From the human T2T-CHM13v2.0 reference genome, Homo sapiens, in the NCBI RefSeq assembly GCF_009914755.1, contig NC_060939.1: a DNA stretch of 64,000 bases; one strand, given 5' to 3'. Positions 28,901 to 44,900 of the stretch are shown in pieces. Under the pieces are notes generated by a model that ran no database searches, was not told the origin of the DNA, and saw only the letters and a list, made by a program, of their open reading frames with translations. The translations under genes were made by a program, and so were the position numbers. The first letter of the stretch is position 1. Every line of letters starts with the position of its first letter.

Positions 28901-31900
28901 TTCCATACAGTTGCATTCCATTGGATTCCATGCTATATCTATAAATTCAATTCGAGACCATTGCTTTTGAGTCCATTCTATATGATTCCATTCCATTCAA
29001 ATCCAATACATTTGGTTCAATTCCATTCCATTCCATTCCCTTCCATTCCATTCCATTTGATATCAATCCATTCGATTCCATTCCATTCGAGCACATTCCA
29101 TTCGAGTCCATTCCATTCGATGCCATTCCATTTGATTCTATTCCATTAGTCTCCATTCAATTCCATTAATCTCCATTCCATTCCATTCTACTCCAACTGA
29201 TTCCATTCCATTCTATTCCTTTCCATTCCATTTCATTCCATTCCATTCCATTTCATTCCATTCCATTCCATTCGTGTCCATTCCACTCCAGTCCATTCCA
29301 TTCGTGTCCATTCCATTCCAGTCCATTCCATTTGTGTCCACTGCATTCCATTCCACTCCATTCCATATTATTCCATTACACTCCATTCCATTCTATCACT
29401 TTCATTTCCATTCAATTCCATTCCATTTGATTCCATTCCACTCGGTTTCATTCCATTTGAGTCCACTCCGTTCCATTCCATTGCATTCCATTCAGTTCCA
29501 TTCCATTCTGTTCCATTCCATTCCGTTCCATTACATTCCATTCCATTCGGTACCATTCCATATTGTTCCATTCGATTCCATTCGAATCCATTCCATTCCA
29601 GTCCATTCCATTCGATTCCATTCCATTCATTTCAATTCCATTCCATTCCATTCCATTACATTCCACTTGATTCCTCTCCATTCCCTTCCACTGCATTCCG
29701 TTCGATTCCATTCCATTGCATTGCATTCCATTCCATTGGATTGCATTCTATTCGATTCCATTCCATTCGAATCAATTACATAGCAATCCATTACATTCGA
29801 GTCTATTCTCTTCCGTTCCATTCGATTTCGTTCCAATCCATTCGATTCCATTCCATTTGATTCCATTCCATACTATTGCATTCCATTCGATTACATTATA
29901 TTCGAATAAGTTCCATTCAAGACCATTTCTTTTGAGTCCATTCTATTTGAGTCCATTCCCTTTGATTCCATAACATTTGAGTCCATTCAATTCCATTCCT
30001 TTCGTTTCCATTCCATTTGATGCCATTCCATTCAATTCTGTTCTACTCGACTCCAATACACTCAATTCCATTCCATCCGATTCCATTACATTCTTTTCAT
30101 TTCTTATCCATTTCAAGCCATTCCACTCCATTCCATTCCACTCGTTTCCTTTCCATTCGAGTCCATTCCTCTCCAGTCCATTCCGTTCAATCCATTCCAT
30201 TCCAGTCCATTCCATTCGAGTCCGTTCCATTCCAGTCCATTCCATTCGAGTCAATTCCATCCCATTCGATGTCTTTCCATAACGATCCATTCCATTCTAT
30301 TCCTTTCGATTCCATTCCATTCTATTTCATTCCATTCGATTCCCTTCCATTGGACTCCTTTCCATTCGAGTGCATTCCATTCCTTTCCATTTCTTTCCAT
30401 TCTGTACGATTCCTACCGTTCGATTTCATTTTCTTCCAGTCCATTCCTTTCGCGTCCATTCCATTCCATTTCACTCCATTCGATTCCATTCCACTCGATT
30501 CCACTTCGTTCCATTTCATTGCATTCCATTCTATTCAACTCTATTGCCTTCCATTCCATTCCATTCGATTACATTCCATGCGATTCCATTCGAAATCGAA
30601 TCAATTACATTGCAATCCATTACTATTGAGTCCGTTTTATTCCAGTCCACTGCATTCTGGTCCATTCCATTTGATTCCATTCCATTCTATTCCATTCCAT
30701 ACAGTTGCATTCCATTGGATTCCATGCTATATCTATAAATTCAATTCGAGACCATTGCTTTTGAGTCCATTCTATATGATTCCATTCCATTCAATTCCAT
30801 TACATTTGGTTCAATTCCATTCCATTCCATTCCCTTCCATTCCATTCCATTTGATATCAATCCATTCGATTCCATTCCATTCGAGCACATTCCATTCGAG
30901 TCCATTCCATTCGATGCCATTCCATTTGATTCTATTCCATTAGTCTCCATTCAATTCCATTAATCTCCATTCCATTCCATTCTACTCCAACTGATTCCAT
31001 TCCATTCTATTCCTTTCCATTCCATTTCATTCCATTCCATTCCATTTCATTCCATTCCATTCCATTCGTGTCCATTCCACTCCAGTCCATTCCATTCGTG
31101 TCCATTCCTTTCCAGTCCATTCCATTTGTGTCCACTGCATTCCATTCCACTCCATTCCATATTATTCCATTACACTCCATTCCATTCTATCACTTTCATT
31201 TCCATTCAATTCCATTCCATTTGATTCCATTCCACTCGGTTTCATTCCATTTGAGTCCACTCCATTCCATTCCATTGCATTCCATTCAGTTCCATTCCAT
31301 TCTGTTCCATTCCATTCCGTTCCATTACATTCCATTCCATTCGGTACCATTGCATATTGTTCCATTCGGTTCCATTCGAATCCATTCCATTCCAGTCCAT
31401 TCCATTCGATTCCATTCCATTCATTTCAATTCCATTCCATTCCATTCCATTACATACCACTTGATTCCTCTCCATTCCCTTCCACTGCATTCCGTTCGAT
31501 TCCATTCCATTGCATTGCATTCCATTCCATTGGATTGCATTCCATTCGATTCCATTCCATTCGAATCAATTACATAGCAATCCATTACATTCGAGTCTAT
31601 TCTATTCCGTTCCATTCGATTTCGTTCCAATCCATTCGATTCCATTCCATTCGATTCCATTCCATACTATTGCATTCCATTCGATTACATTATATTCGAA
31701 TAAGTTCCATTCAAGACCATTTCTTTTGAGTCCATTCTATTTGAGTCCATTCCCTTTGATTCCATAACATTTGAGTCCATTCAATTCCATTCCTTTCGTT
31801 TCCATTCCATTTGATGCCATTCCATTCAATTCTGTTCTACTCGACTCCAATACATTCAATTCCATTCCATCCGATTCCATTACATTCTTTTCATTTCTTA

Positions 31901-33839
31901 TCCATTTCAAGCCATTCCACTCCATTCCATTCCACTCGTTTCCTTTCCATTCGAGTCCATTCCTCTCCAGTCCATTCCGTTCAATCCATTCCATTCCAGT
32001 CCATTCCATTCGAGTCCGTTCCATTTCAGTCCATTCCATTCGAGTCAATTCCATCCCATTCGATGTCTTTCCATAACGATCCATTCCATTCTATTCCTTT
32101 CGATTCCATTCCATTCTATTTCATTCCATTCGATTCCCTTCCATTGGACTCCTTTCCATTCGAGTGCATTCCATTCTGTTCCATTTCTTTCCGTTCTGTA
32201 CGATTCCTACCGTTCGATTTCATTTTGTTCCAGTCCATTCCTTTCGCGTCCATTCCATTCCATTTCACTCCATTCGATTCCATTCCACTCGATTCCACTT
32301 CGTTCCATTTCATTGCATTCCATTCTATTCAACTCTATTGCCTTCCATTCCATTCCATTCGATTACATTCCATGCGATTCCATTTGAAATCGAATCAATT
32401 ACATTGCAATCCATTACTATTGAGTCCGTTTTATTCCAGTCCACTGCATTCTGGTCCATTCCATTTGATTCCATTCCATTCTATTCCATTCCATACAGTT
32501 GCATTCCATTGGATTCCATGCTATATCTATAAATTCAATTCGAGACCATTGCTTTTGAGTCCATTCTATATGATTCCATTCCATTCAAGTCCATTACATT
32601 TGGATCAATTCCATTCCATTCCATTCCCTTCCATTCCATTCCAGTTGATATCAATCCTTTCGATTCCATTCCATTCGAGCACATTCCATTCGAGTCCATT
32701 CCATTCGATGCCATTCCATTTGATTCTATTCCATTAGTCTCCATTCAATTCCATTAATCTCCATTCCATTCCATTCTACTCCAACTGATTCCATTCCATT
32801 CTATTCCTTTCCATTCCATTTCATTCCATTCCATTCCATTTCATTCCATTCCATTCCATTCGTGTCCATTCCACTCCAGTCCATTCCACTTGTGTCCATT
32901 CCATTCCAGTCCATTCCATTTCTGACCATTCCATTTGTGTCCACTGCATTCCATTCCACTCCATTCCATATTATTCCATTACACTCCATTCCATTCTATT
33001 ACTTTCATTTCCATTCAATTCCATTCCATTTGATTCCATTCCACTCGGTTTCATTCCATTTGAGTCCACTCCATTCCATTTCATTCCATTCCATTCAGTT
33101 CCATTCCATTCTGTTCCATTCCATTCCGTTCCATTACATTCCATTCCATTCGGTACCATTCCATATTGTTCCATTCGATTCCATTCGAATCCATTCCATT
33201 CCAGTCCATTCCATTCGATTCCATTCCATTCATTTCAATTCCATTCCATTCCATTCCATTACATTCCACTTGATTCCTCTCCATTCCCTTCCACTGCATT
33301 CCGTTCGATTCCATTCCATTGCATTGCATTCCATTCCATTGGATTGCATTCCATTCGATTCCATTCCATTCGAATCAATTACATAGCAATCCATTACATT
33401 CGAGTCTATTCTATTCCGTTCCATTCGATTTCGTTCCAATCCATTCGATTCCATTCCATTCGATTCCATTCCATACTATTGCATTTCATTCGATTACATT
33501 ATATTCGAATAAGTTCCATTCAAGACCATTTCTTTTGAGTCCATTCTATTTGAGTCCATTCCCTTTGATTCCATAACATTTGAGTCCATTCAATTCCATT
33601 CCTTTCGTTTCCATTCCATTTGATGCCATTCCATTCAATTCTGTTCTACTCGACTCCAATACATTCAATTCCATTCCATCCGATTCCATTACATTCTTTT
33701 CATTTCTTATTCATTTCAAGCCATTCCACTCCATTCCATTCCACTCGTTTCCTTTCCATTCGAGTCCATTCCTCTCCAGTCCATTCCGTTCAATCCATTC
33801 CATTCCAGTCCATTCCATTCGAGACCGTTCCATTCCAGT

Positions 33840-36800
33840 CCATTCCATTCGAGTCAATTCCATCCCATTCGATGTCTTTCCATAACGATCTATTCCATTC
33901 TATTCCTTTCGATTCCATTCCATTCTATTTCATTCCATTCGATTCCCTTCCATTGGACTCCTTTCCATTCGAGTGCATTCCATTCCGTTCCATTTCTTTC
34001 CGTTCTGTACGATTCCTACCGTTCGATTTCATTTTGTTCCAGTCCATTCCTTTCGCGTCCATTCCATTCCATTTCACTCCATTCGATTCCATTCCACTCG
34101 ATTCCACTTCGTTCCATTTCATTGCATTCCATTCTATTCAACTCTATTGCCTTCCATTCCATTCCATTCGATTACATTCCATGCGATTCCATTCGAAATC
34201 GAATCAATTACATTGCAATCCATTACTATTGAGTCCATTTTATTCCAGTCCACTGCATTCTGGTCCATTCCATTTGATTCCATTCCATTCTATTCCATTC
34301 CATACAGTTGCATTCCATTGAACTCCATTGTATATCTATAAATTCAATTCGAGACCATTGCTTTTGAGTCCATTCTATATGATTCCATTCCATTCAAGTC
34401 CATTACATTTGGTTCAATTCCATTCCATTCCATTCCCTTCCATTCCATTCCAGTTGATATCAATCCATTCGATTCCATTCCATTCGAGCACATTCCATTC
34501 GAGTCCATTCCATTCGATGCCATTCCATTTGATTCTATTCCATTAGTCTCCATTCAATTCCATTAATCTCCATTCCATTCCATTCTACTCCAACTGATTC
34601 CATTCCATTCTATTCCTTTCCATTCCATTTCATTCCATTCCATTCCATTTCATTCCATTCCATTCCATTCCATTCCATTCGCTTCCATTCCATTCGTGTC
34701 CATTGCATTCCAGTCCATTCCATTTGTGTCCACTGCATTCCATTCCACTCCATTCCATATTATTCCATTACACTCCATTCCATTCTATTACTTTCATTTC
34801 CATTGAATTCCATTCCATTTGATTCCATTCCACTCGGTTTCATTCCATTTGAGTCCACTCCACTCCATTCCATTCCATTCCATTCCATTCAGTTCCATTC
34901 CATTCTGTTCCATTCCATTCCGTTCCATTGCATTCCATTCCATTCGGTACCATTCCATATTGTTCCATTCGATTCCATTCGAATCCATTCCATTCCAGTC
35001 CATTCCATTCGATTCCATTCCATTCCTTTCAATTCCATTCCATTCCATTCCATTCCACTTGATTCCACTCCATTCCCTTCCACTGCATTCCATTGCATTG
35101 CATTCCATTCCATTGGACTGCATTCCATTCGATTCCATTCCATTCGAATCAATTACATAGCAATCCATTACATTCGAGTCTATTCTATTGCGTTCCATTC
35201 GATTTCGTTCCAATCCATTCGATTCCATTCCATTCGATTCCATTCCATACTATTGCATTCCATTCTATTACATTATATTCGAATAAGTTCCATTCAAGAC
35301 CATTTCTTTTGAGTCCATTCTATTTGAGTCCATTCCCTTTGATTCCATAACATTTGAGTCCATTCAATTCCATTCCTTTCGTTTCCATTCCATTTGATGC
35401 CATTCCATTCAATTCTGTTCTACTCGACTCCAATACATTCAATTCCATTCCATCCGATTCCATTACATTCTTTTCATTTCTTATCCATTTCAAGCCATTC
35501 CACTCCATTCCATTCCACTCGTTTCCTTTCCATTCGAGTCCATTCCTCTCCAGTCCATTCCGTTCAATCCATTCCATTCCAGTCCATTCCATTCGAGTCT
35601 GTTCCATTCCAGTCCATTCCATTCGAGTCAATTTCATCCCATTCGATGTCTTTCCATAACGATCCATTCCATTCTATTCCTTTCGATTCCATTCCATTCT
35701 ATTTCATTCCATTCGATTCCCTTCCATTGGACTCCTTTCCATTCGAGTGCATTCCATTCCGTTCCATTTCTTTCCGTTCTGTACGATTCCTACCGTTCGA
35801 TTTCATTTTCTTCCAGTCCATTCTTTCGCGTCCATTCCATTCCATTTCACTCCATTCGATTCCATTCCACTCGATTCCACTTCGTTCCATTTCATTGCAT
35901 TCCATTCTATTCAACTCTATTGCCTTCCATTCCATTCCATTCGATTACATTCCATGCGATTCCATTCGAAATCGAATCAATTACATTGCAATCCATTACT
36001 ATTGAGTCCGTTTTATTCCAGTCCACTGCATTCTGGTCCATTCCATTTGATTCCATTCCATTCTATTCCATTCCATACAGTTGCATTCCATTGGATTCCA
36101 TGCTATATCTATAAATTCAATTCGAGACCATTGCTTTTGAGTCCATTCTATATGATTCCATTCCATTCAAGTCCATTACATTTGGTTAAATTCCATTCCA
36201 TTCGGTTCAATTCCATTCCATTCCATTCCCTTCCATTCCATTCCAGTTGATATCAATCCATTCGATTCCATTCCATTCGAGCACATTCCATTCGAGTCCA
36301 TTCCATTCGATGCCATTCCATTTGATTCTATTCCATTAGTCTCCATTCAATTCCATTAATCTCCATTCCATTCCATTCTACCCCAACTGATTCCATTCCA
36401 TTCTATTCCTTTCCATTCCATTTCATTCCATTCCATTCCATTCCATTCCATTCCATTCCATTCCATTCCATTCCATTCCATTCGTGTCCATTCCACTCCA
36501 GTCCATTCCATTCGTATCCATTCCATTCCAGTCCATTCCATTTGTGTCCACTGCATTCCATTCCACTCCATTCCATATTATTCCATTACACTCCATTCCA
36601 TTCTATTACTTTCATTTCCATTCAATTCCATTCCATTTGATTCCATTCCACTCGGTTTCATTCCATTTGAGTCCACTCCATTCCATTCCATTCCATTCAG
36701 TTCCATTCCATTCTGTTCCATTCCATTCCGTTCCGTTACATTCCATTCCATTCGGTACCATTCCATATTGTTCCATTCGATTCCATTCGAATCCATTCCA

Positions 36801-38290
36801 TTCCAGTCCATTCCATTCGATTCCATTCCATTCATTTCAATTCCATTCCATTCCATTCCATTACATTCCACTTGATTCCTCTCCATTCACTTCCACTGCA
36901 TTCCGTTTGATTCCATTCCATTGCATTGCATTCCATTCCATTGGATTGCATTCCATTCGATTCCATTCCATTCGAATCAATTACATAGCAATCCATTACA
37001 TTCGAGTCTATTCTCTTCCGTTCCATTCGATTTCGTTCCAATCCATTCGATTCCATTCCATTCGATTCCATTCCATACTATTGCATTCCATTCGATTACA
37101 TTATATTCGAATAAGTTCCATTCAAGACCATTTCTTTTGAGTCCATTCTATTTGAGTCCATTCCCTTTGATTCCATAACATTTGAGTCCATTCAATTCCA
37201 TTCCTTTCGTTTCCATTCCATTTGATGCCATTCCATTCAATTCTGTTCTACTCGACTCCAATACATTCAATTCCATTCCATCCGATTCCATTACATTCTT
37301 TTCATTTCTTATCCATTTCAAGCAATTCCACTCCATTCCATTCCACTCGTTTCCTTTCCATTCGAGTCCATTCCTCTCCAGTCCATTCCGTTCAATCCAT
37401 TCCATTCCAGTCCATTCCATTCGAGTCCGTTCCATTCCAGTCCATTCCATTCGAGTCAATTCCATTCCATTCGATGTCTTTCCATAACGATCCATTCCAT
37501 TCTATTCCTTTCGATTCCATTCCATTCTATTTCATTCCATTCGATTCCCTTCCATTGGACTCCTTTCCATTCGAGTGCATTCCATTCCGTTCCATTTCTT
37601 TCCGTTCTGTACGATTCCTACCGTTCGATTTCATTTTGTTCCAGTCCATTCTTTCGCGTCCATTCCATTCCATTTCACTCCATTCGATTCCATTCCACTC
37701 GATTCCACTTCGTTCCATTTCATTGCATTCCATTCTATTCAACTCTATTGTCTTCCATTCCATTCCATTCCATTACATTCCATGCGATTCCATTCGAAAT
37801 CGAATCAATTACATTGCAATCCATTACTATTGAGTCCGTTTTATTCCAGTCCACTGCGTTCTGGTCCATTCCATTTGATTCCATTCCATTCTATTCCATT
37901 CCATACAGTTGCATTCCATTGGATTCCATGCTATATCTATAAATTCAATTCGAGACCATTGCTTTTGAGTCCATTCTATATGATTCCATTCCATTCAAGT
38001 CCATTACATTTGGTTAAATTCCATTCCATTCGGTTCAATTCCATTCCATTCCATTCCCTTCCATTCCATTCCAGTTGATATCAATCCATTCGATTCCATT
38101 CCATTCGAGCACATTCCATTCGAGTCCATTCCATTCGATGCCATTCCATTTGATTCTATTCCATTAGTCTCCATTCAATTCCATTAATCTCCATTCCATT
38201 CCATTCTACTCCAACTGATTCCATTCCATTCTATTCTTTTCCATTCCATTTCATTCCATTCCATTCAATTCCATTCCATTCCATTCCATT
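33840..38290 (+). repeat. Cryptic segmental duplication I, copy 2
   Basis: Carries GATCTATT (33891), TTGAACTCCATTGTA (34321), ATTGAATTC, GAGTCTGTT, TTCACTTCC and AAGCAATT in the same order as 8750-13110. Confidence 0.9.
36424..36483 (+). repeat. Longest perfect (CATTC)12 tract, at the unit's variable-length site
   Basis: Direct count. The same site has 5 copies in the first unit (558-582) and 8 in the second (2351-2390). Confidence 0.9.
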
Positions 38291-41200
38291 CGTGTCCATT
38301 CCACTCCAGTCCATTCCATTGGTATCCATTCCATTCCAGTCCATTCCATTTCTGTCCACTGCATTCCATTCCACTCCATTCCATATTATTCCATTACACT
38401 CCATTCCATTCTATTACTTTCATTTCCATTCAATTCCATTCCATTTGATTCCATTCCACTCGGTTTCATTCCATTTGAGTCCACTCCATTCCATTCCATT
38501 CCATTCAGTTCCATTCCATTCTGTTCCATTCCATTCCGTTCCGTTACATTCCATTCCATTCGGTACCATTCCATATTGTTCCATTCGATTCCATTCGAAT
38601 CCATTCCATTCCAGTCCATTCCATTCGATTCCATTCCATTCCTTTCAATTCCATTCCATTGCATTCCATTACATTCCACTTGATTCCTCTCCATTCCCTT
38701 CCACTGCATTCCGTTCGATTCCATTCCATTGCATTGCATTCCATTCCATTGGATTGCATTCCATTCGATTCCTTTCCATTCGAATCAATTACATAGCAAT
38801 CCATTACATTCGAGTCTATTCTCTTCCGTTCCATTCGATTTCGTTCCAATCCATTCGATTCCATTCCATTCGATTCCATTCCATACTATTGCATTCCATT
38901 CGATTACATTATATTCGAATACGTTCCATTCAAGACCATTTCTTTTGAGTCCATTCTATTTGAGTCCATTCCCTTTGATTCCATAACATTTGAGTCCATT
39001 CAATTCCATTCCTTTCGTTTCCATTCCATTTGATGCCATTCCATTCAATTCTGTTCTACTCGACTCCAATACATTCAATTCCATTCCATCCGATTCCATT
39101 ACATTCTTTTCATTTCTTATCTATTTCAAGCCATTCCACTCCATTCCATTCCACTCGTTTCCTTTCCATTCGAGTCCATTCCTCTCCAGTCCATTCCGTT
39201 CAATCCATTCCATTCCAGTCCATTCCATTCGAGTCCGTTCCATTCCAGTCCATTCCATTCGAGTCAATTCCATTCCATTCGATGTCTTTCCATAACGATC
39301 CATTCCATTCTATTCCTTTCGATTCCATTCCATTCTATTTCATTCCATTCGATTCCCTTCCATTGGACTCCTTTCCATTCGAGTGCATTCCATTCCGTTC
39401 CATTTCTTTCCGTTCTGTACGATTCCTACCGTTCGATTTCATTTTGTTCCAGTCCATTCTTTCGCGTCCATTCCATTCCATTTCACTCCATTCGATTCCA
39501 TTCCACTCGATTCCACTTCGTTCCATTTCATTGCATTCCATTCTATTCAACTCTATTGCCTTCCATTCCATTCCATTCGATTACATTCCATGCGATTCCA
39601 TTCGAAATCGAATCAATTACATTGCAATCCATTACTATTGAGTCCGTTTTATTCCAGTCCACTGCATTCTGGTCCATTCCATTTGATTCCATTCCATTCT
39701 ATTCCATTCCATACAGTTGCATTCCATTGGATTCCATGCTATATCTATAAATTCAATTCGAGACCATTGCTTTTGAGTCCATTCTATATGATTCCATTCC
39801 ATTCAAGTCCATTACATTTGGTTAAATTCAATTCCATTCGGTTCAATTCCATTCCATTCCATTCCCTTCCATTCCATTCCAGTTGATATCAATCCATTCG
39901 ATTCCATTCCATTCGAGCACATTCCATTCGAGTCCATTCCATTCGATGCCATTCCATTTGATTCTATTCCATTAGTCTCCATTCAATTCCATTAATCTCC
40001 ATTCCATTCCATTCTACTCCAACTGATTCCATTCCATTCTATTCCTTTCCATTCCATTTCATTCCATTCCATTCCATTCCATTCCATTCCATTCCATTCG
40101 TGTCCATTCCACTCCAGTCCATTCCATTCGTATCCATTCCATTCCAGTCCATTCCATTTGTGTCCACTGCATTCCATTCCACTCCATTCCATATTATTCC
40201 ATTACACTCCATTCCATTCTATTACTTTCATTTCCATTCAATTCCATTCCATTTGATTCCATTCCACTCGGTTTCATTCCATTTGAGTCCACTCCATTCC
40301 ATTCCATTCCATTCAGTTCCATTCCATTCTGTTCCATTCCATTCCGTTCCATTACATTCCATTCCATTCGGTACCATTCCATATTGTTCCATTCGATTCC
40401 ATTCGAATCCATTCCATTCCAGTCCATTCCATTCGATTCCATTCCATTCATTTCAATTCCATTCCATTCCATTCCATTACATTCCACTTGATTCCTCTCC
40501 ATTCCCTTCCACTGCATTCCGTTCGATTCCATTCCATTGCATTGTATTCCATTCCATTGGATTGCATTCCATTCGATTCCATTCCATTCGAATCAATTAC
40601 ATAGCAATCCATTACATTCTAGTCTATTCTATTCCTTTCCATTCGATTTCGTTCCAATCCATTCGATTCCATTCCATTCGATTCCATTCCATACTATTGC
40701 ATTCCATTCGATTACATTATATTCGAATAAGTTCCATTCAAGACCATTTCTTTTGAGTCCATTCTATTTGAGTCCATTCCCTTTGATTCCATAACATTTG
40801 AGTCCATTCAATTCCATTCCTTTCGTTTCCATTCCATTTGATGCCATTCCATTCAATTCTGTTCTACTCGACTCCAATACATTCAATTCCATTCCATCCA
40901 ATTCCATTACATTCTTTTCATTTCTTATCCATTTCAAGCCATTCCACTCCATTCCATTCCACTCGTTTCCTTTCCATTCGAGTCCATTCCTCTCCAGTCC
41001 ATTCCGTTCAATCCATTCCATTCCAGTCCGTTCCATTCGAGTCCGTTCCATTCCAGTCCATTCCATTCGAGTCAATTCCATTCCATTCGATGTCTTTCCA
41101 TAACGATCCATTCCATTCTATTCCTTTCGATTCCATTCCATTCTATTTCATTCCATTCGATTCCCTTCCATTGGACTCCTTTCCATTCGAGTGCATTCCA

Positions 41201-41999
41201 TTCCTTTCCATTTCTTTCCGTTCTGTACGATTCCTACCGTTCGATTTCATTTTGTTCCAGTCCATTCCTTTCGCGTCCATTCCATTCCATTTCACTCCAT
41301 TCGATTCCATTCCACTCGATTCCACTTCGTTCCATTTCATTGCATTCCATTCTATTCAACTCTATTGCCTTCCATTCCATTCCATTCGATTACATTCCAT
41401 GCGATTCCATTCGAAATCGAATCAATTACATTGCAATCCATTACTATTGAGTCCGTTTTATTCCAGTCCACTGCATTCTGGTCCATTCCATTTGATTCCA
41501 TTCCATTCTATTCCATTCCATACAGTTGCATTCCATTGGATTCCATGCTATATCTATAAATTCAATTCGAGACCATTGCTTTTGAGTCCATTCTATATGA
41601 TTCCATTCCATTCAAGTCCATTACATTTGGTTCAATTCCATTCCATTCCATTCCCTTCCATTCCATTCCAGTTGATATCAATCCCTTCGATTCCATTCCA
41701 TTCGAGCACATTCCATTCGAGTCCATTCCATTCGATGCCATTCCATTTGATTCTATTCCATTAGTCTCCATTCAATTCCATTAATCTCCATTCCATTCCA
41801 TTCTACTCCAACTGATTCCATTCCATTCTATTCCTTTCCATTCCATTTCATTCCATTCCATTCCATTCCATTCCATTCCATTCCATTCGTGTCCATTCCA
41901 CTCCAGTCCATTCCATTCGTGTCCATTCCATTCCAGTCCATTCCATTTGTGTCCACTGCATTCCATTCCACTCCATTCCATATTATTCCATTACACTCC

Positions 42000-44900
42000 A
42001 TTCCATTCTATCACTTTCATTTCCATTCAATTCCATTCCATTTGATTCCATTCCACTCGGTTTCATTCCATTTGAGTCCACTCCATTCCATTCCATTCCA
42101 TTCCATTCAGTTCCATTCCATTCTGTTCCATTCCATTCCGTTCCATTACATTCCATTCCATTCGGTACCATTCCATATTGTTCCATTCGATTCCATTCGA
42201 ATCCATTCCATTCCAGTCCATTCCATTCGATTCCATTCCATTCATTTCAACTCCATTCCATTCCATTCCATTACATTCCACTTGATTCCTCTCCATTCCC
42301 TTCCACTGCATTCCGTTCGATTCCATTCCATTGCATTGCATTCCATTCCATTGGATTGCATTCCATTCGATTCCATTCCATTCGAATCAATTACATAGCA
42401 ATCCATTACATTCGAGTCTATTCTATTCCGTTCCATTCGATTTCGTTCCAATCCATTCGATTCCATTCCATTCGATTCCATTCCATACTATTGCATTCCA
42501 TTCGATTACATTATATTCGAATAAGTTCCATTCAAGACCATTTCTTTTGAGTCCATTCTATTTGAGTCAATTCCCTTTGATTCCATAACATTTGAGTCCA
42601 TTCAATTCCATTCCTTTCGTTTCCATTCCATTTGATTCCATTCCATTCAATTCTGTTCTACTCGACTCCAATACATTCAATTCCATTCCATCCGATTCCA
42701 TTACATTCTTTTCATTTCTTATCCATTTCAAGCCATTCCACTCCATTCCATTCCACTCGTTTCCTTTCCATTCGAGTCCATTCCTCTCCAGTCCATTCCG
42801 TTCAATCCATTCCATTCCAGTCCATTCCATTCGAGTCCGTTCCATTCCAGTCCATTCCATTCGAGTCAATTCCATTCCATTCGATGTCTTTCCATAACGA
42901 TCCATTCCATTCTATTCCTTTCGATTCCATTCCATTCTATTTCATTCCATTCGATTCCCTTCCATTGGACTCCTTTCCATTCGAGTGCATTCCATTCCTT
43001 TCCATTTCTTTCCGTTCTGTACGATTCCTACCGTTCGATTTCATTTTGTTCCAGTCCATTCCTTTCGCGTCCATTCCATTCCATTTCACTCCATTCGATT
43101 CCATTCCACTCGATTCCACTTCGTTCCATTTCATTGCATTCCATTCTATTCAACTCTATTGCCTTCCATTCCATTCCATTCGATTACATTCCATGCGATT
43201 CCATTCGAAATCGAATCAATTACATTGCAATCCATTACTATTGAGTCCGTTTTATTCCAGTCCACTGCATTCTGGTCCATTCCATTTGATTCCATTCCAT
43301 TCTATTCCATTCCATACAGTTGCATTCCATTGGATTCCATGCTATATCTATAAATTCAATTCGAGACCATTGCTTTTGAGTCCATTCTATATGATTCCAT
43401 TCCATTCAAGTCCATTACATTTGGTTCAATTCCATTCCATTCCATTCCCTTCCATTCCATTCCATTTGATATCAATCCATTCGATTCCATTCCATTCGAG
43501 CACATTCCATTCGAGTCCATTCCATTCGATGCCATTCCATTTGATTCTATTCCATTAGTCTCCATTCAATTCCATTAATCTCCATTCCATTCCATTCTAC
43601 TCCAACTGATTCCATTCCATTCTATTCCTTTCCATTCCATTTCATTCCATTCCATTCCATTTCATTCCATTCCATTCCATTCGTGTCCATTCCACTCCAG
43701 TCCATTCCATTCCAGTCCATTCCATTTGTGTCCACTGCATTCCATTCCACTCCATTCCATATTATTCCATTACACTCCATTCCATTCTATTACTTTCATT
43801 TCCATTCAATTCCATTCCATTTGATTCCATTCCACTCGGTTTCATTCCATTTGAGTCCACTCCATTCCATTGCATTCCATTCAGTTCCATTCCATTCTGT
43901 TCCATTCCATTCCGTTCCATTACATTCCATTCCATTCGGTACCATTCCATATTGTTCCATTCGATTCCATTCGAATCCATTCCATTCCAGTCCATTCCAT
44001 TCGATACCATTCCATTCATATCAATTCCATTCCATTCCATTCCATTACATTCCACTTGATTCCTCTCCATTCCCTTCCACTGCATTCCGTTCGATTCCAT
44101 TCCATTGCATTGCATTCCATTCCATTGGATTGCATTCCATTCGATTCCATTCCATTCGAATCAATTACATAGCAATCCATTACATTCGAGTCTATTCTAT
44201 TCCGTTCCATTCGATTTCGTTCCAATCCATTCGATTCCATTCCATTCGATTCCATTCCATACTATTGCATTCCATTCGATTACATTATATTCGAATAAGT
44301 TCCATTCAAGACCATTTCTTTTGAGTCCATTCTATTGGAGTCCATTCCCTTTGATTCCATAACATTTGAGTCCATTCAATTCCATTCCTTTCGTTTCCAT
44401 TCCATTTGATGCCATTCCATTCAATTCTGTTCTACTCGACTCCAATACATTCAATTCCATTCCATCCGATTCCATTACATTCTTTTCATTTCTTATCCAT
44501 TTCAAGCCATTCCACTCCATTCCATTCCACTCGTTTCCTTTCCATTCGAGTCATTCCTCTCCAGTCCATTCCGTTCAATCCATTCCATTCCAGTCCATTC
44601 CATTCGAGTCCGTTCCATTCCAGTCCATTCCATTCGAGTCAATTCCATTCCATTCGATGTCTTTCCATAACGATCCATTCCATTCTATTCCTTTCGATTC
44701 CATTCCATTCTATTTCATTCCATTCGATTCCCTTCCATTGGAATCCTTTCCATTCGAGTGCATTCCATTCCGTTCCATTTCTTTCCGTTCTGTACGATTC
44801 CTACCGTTCGATTTCATTTTGTTCCAGTCCATTCCTTTCGCGTCCATTCCATTCCATTTCACTCCATTCGATTCCATTCCACTCGATTCCACTTCGTTCC

